Source: the human T2T-CHM13v2.0 reference genome, Homo sapiens. From it: a stretch of 64,000 nucleotides of DNA. The DNA lies in the NCBI RefSeq assembly GCF_009914755.1, contig NC_060932.1; one strand, given 5' to 3'. How positions within the stretch are numbered: the first letter of the stretch is position 1; every line of letters starts with the position of its first letter. The notes under the pieces were generated by a model. That model was not told the origin of the DNA. It did no database searches and worked only from the letters and a program-made list of their open reading frames with translations. Below are positions 60,945-64,000 of the stretch, piece after piece. A program made the translations under genes and the position numbers.

Positions 60945-61400
60945 GGAAGAGCTGGCCATGAATCAAAGATCACTTTTTGTTGTGGTTCATTTACTACTAT
61001 AAAAGATTCCTTCGAATGCCTCATTCCTCACTTGCTGAATTTTATGAGTGCCAAGCTGTCTGCAAGAAAGCATTTCCTTCCTCTTAACAACAGCAAATCT
61101 GTTTTGTTTGATTCTCCCTTAAAATTGATTAATATTTTAATTTTCTTACTTCTTCATTCCCAGATACAATTGCTATACAAGAAATAAGTGTGAATACTGA
61201 ACAACTGAAAAAATGGGGTGGTATAGGCAGAAGTAAATGGGTCTTTGGATGCGTTGCTGTAATAGAGAAGTAGGACAGTCTAGAGGGGGTAAATGTCATG
61301 ATCAAAGACAGATTCAGATTTGAAGGATCAAATGCCAAAGAAACAGAGAATGAGAAAAGAAGCCTGCTTCCAAAAGAATAAAGGGTGACGGGTTAAATTA

Positions 61401-63867
61401 CAGGCAGACGCTCATCTTAATGATGTGCTTCAGTTTATTGCACTTTTCAAATACTCCAGTTTTTTTGTGTGTGGTTTTTGTTTTTTGTTGTTTATTTGTT
61501 TCTACGAATTGGAGTTTTGTGGCAACTCTGCATTGAGCAAGTCTATCAGAGCCATTTTTCCAACAGCACGTGTTGACTTTGTTTCTCTGTGTTGCACTTT
61601 GGTAGTTCTCACAATATTTCAAATTTTATTATTATTATATATGTTATGATGATCTATGACCAGTGATCTTTGATGTTACTATTGTAATTGCTTTGGGGCA
61701 CCAGAAACTGTGCCAATATAAGATGGTGAACTTAACAAATGTTACGTGTGTTTTGACTACTCCATAAACTGGCCATTCACCCATCTCCCTCCGTCTTCTA
61801 AGGCCTCCCTATTCCTTGAGACACAACAATATTGACATTAGGCCAATTAATAACTCTACATTGGTCTCTAAGTGTTCAAATGAATGGAAGTTACACATCT
61901 CTCACTTTAAATCAAAAGCTGGAAATGATTTTGCTTAGTGAGAAAGGCATGTCAAAAGCCAAGATAGACCAAAAGCTAGGCCTCTTGGGCTAAACAGTTA
62001 ACCAAGTTGTGAATGCTGAGGTAAAGTTCTTGAAGGAAGTTTAAAGTGCTACTTCAGTGAACACTCAAAGGATAAGAAAGCAAAACAGCCTTATTGCTGA
62101 TATGTAGGAGGTGTTAGTGGTCTGTATAGAAGATTAAACCAGCCACAACATTCCCTTCAATCAAAGCCTAATCTAGAATAAGGCCTTAATGCTCTTCAAC
62201 CCTGCGAAGCCTGAGAGAGATGAGAAAGCTGCAAAAGAAAAATTGAAATCTAGCAGAGATTTGTTCATGAGGCTTAAGGAAAGAAGCCATCTCCATAACA
62301 TAGAAGTGCAAAGTGAAGCAGCAAGTCCTGCTGGAGAAGCTGCAGCAAGTTATCCAGAAGATATAGCTAAGATCACTGATAAAGGTGGCTACACTAAACA
62401 ACAGATTTTTAATGTAGATGAAACAGCCACATATTGAAAGAAGATGCCATGTAGGACTTTCATAACTAGAGAAGAGAAGTCAAAGCCTGGCTTCAAAGCT
62501 CCAAAGGATAGGCTGACTCTCGTAGTAGGGGCTAATGCTGCTGGTGACTTTAGGTTGAAGCCAATGCTTATTTATTTACCATTTCAAAAAATTCCAGGGC
62601 CCTTAAGAATTAAACTAAATCTATTCTGCATGTGCTGTAGAAATAAAACAACAAAGCCTGCATGACAGTACATCTGTTTACAGCAAGGTTTACTGAATAT
62701 GTTAAGCCCACTGTTGAGACACACTGCTACGGAAACAAAGAAGATTCAAAGTATTATCATTCATTGACAATGTACCTAGTCATCCCAAAGCTCTAAAGAA
62801 GATGTAGAAAGAAATAAACGTTTTCTTGCCTGCTAATACAATATTCATTCTGCAGCTCATGGATCAAGGAGTAATTTTGACTTTCAAGTCTTATTATTTA
62901 AGAAATACATTTTGTACAGCTCTAGCTGCCACAGATAGTGATTCTTCCAATGGATTTGGGAAAAGTAAATTGAAAACCTTCTTGAAAGGATTTGTCATTT
63001 AGATGCCCTTAAGAACATCTGTGATTCACAGTAGGTCCAAATATCATTAACAGGAGCTTGGAAGTTGATTACAAGCCTCCTCATAGAAGACTTTGAGGAG
63101 TTCAAGACCTCAGTGGAGGAGGTAAGTGTAGATGTGGTAGAAATAGCCAGAGAACTAGAATTAGAAGATTAGAAGTGGAGCCTGAAGATGTGACTGAATT
63201 TGCTGCAATCTCACTATAAAACAAATGAATGAAGACTTGCTTCTTATGGATGAACAGAGAATGGTTTATTGAGACGGAATCTACTCCTGGTGAAGATGCT
63301 GTAAACATTATTGAAATGACAACAAAGGATCTGTCAAAAGAAATGATTTAGAATATTCTATAAACTTAATTGATAAAGCAGTGGCAGGGTTTGAGCAGAT
63401 TGACTTCAATTTTGAAACAAGTCTATGATGGGTAAAATGCTATCAAACAGCATTACATGCTACAGAGAAATATTTAGTAAAAGGAAAAGTCAATTGATGA
63501 GGCAAAGTGTATTGTTGTCTTATTTTAAGAGGTTCCACAGCCACTCCAATCTTCAGCAACCACCACCCTACTCAGTCATCAGCCATCAACATTGAGATGA
63601 GAACTTCCAGGAGCAAAAAGATTACCATTTGCTGAAGGCTCAGATGATCATTAGCATTTTTAGTAACAAACTATTCTTAAAAAAAGGCATGCACATTTTT
63701 TTAGACATAATGCTATTGCACAGTTAATAGGCTATAGTACAGTGTAAAGACAACTTTTATATGTGCTGAGAAGCCAAAAAGTTTGGACTTACTTTATTGC
63801 AATATTCACTTTGTTGTAGGGATCTGGAATCTGGAACCATACCTACAACGTCTCCAAGGTATGTCTA
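61401..63867 (+). mobile_element. Tigger1 DNA transposon, full length, inactive
   Basis: TA|CAGGCA... and ...CCAAGGTATGTCTA|TA termini; ~2.47 kb; internal pogo-family transposase. Confidence 0.96.
61861..63250 (+). pseudogene. Tigger1 (pogo/CENP-B-like DDE) transposase pseudogene
   Basis: ORFs 62189-62437 ([19 protein letters not shown]...QQIFNVDET) and 62444-62665 ([30 protein letters not shown]); start codon reads TTG; several stops and frameshifts. Confidence 0.92.
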
Positions 63868-64000
63868 TATGAGGGACTCATGTGGATAGGTAAGTGTGTG
63901 TGGTTACCTGTATCAAGTACAGAAGACAAATAAGCATGTGTTTCCCTCCAGAGTTCCTGGTACTTGCAAGTTGATGGTTACCCTGGAGGGCTGAACAGGG

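Noticed and set aside
62189-62665. Possible TIGD1 or other domesticated transposase gene
   Set aside because: Start codon lost and many stops and frameshifts; an ordinary Tigger1 fossil.

Overview
AT-rich, CpG-depleted primate (human-like) nuclear DNA, identified by Alu, L1PA and THE1 elements. More than half of the window is recognisable transposable-element remnants. These include two 5'-containing L1PA13-16-type LINEs in opposite orientation, several old L1M/HAL1-type LINEs, nine Alus, three FLAM monomers, MIRs, MLT1 LTRs, a complete THE1C/D provirus with a perfect CTCCC target duplication, a THE1A solo LTR, a full-length Tigger1, and MER2/Tigger4a/MER33/MER3/MER5 elements. There is also an end-to-end 514-bp MER75 piggyBac element with TTAA on both sides. 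I recognise no protein-coding gene, rRNA, tRNA or CRISPR array; the long ORFs are repeat-derived or chance-length. The best candidate for host function is the repeat-poor island at ~13.2-16.9 kb: a minus-strand exon candidate (strong donor at 13309, 32-codon open frame, 24-bp palindrome), a plus-strand CCAAT/TATA/E-box cluster, and a well-formed non-coding exon at 15993-16114. I see no evidence for a novel multi-gene system. Subfamily names come from recalled consensus sequences and need RepeatMasker/Dfam confirmation; boundaries of old elements are approximate.
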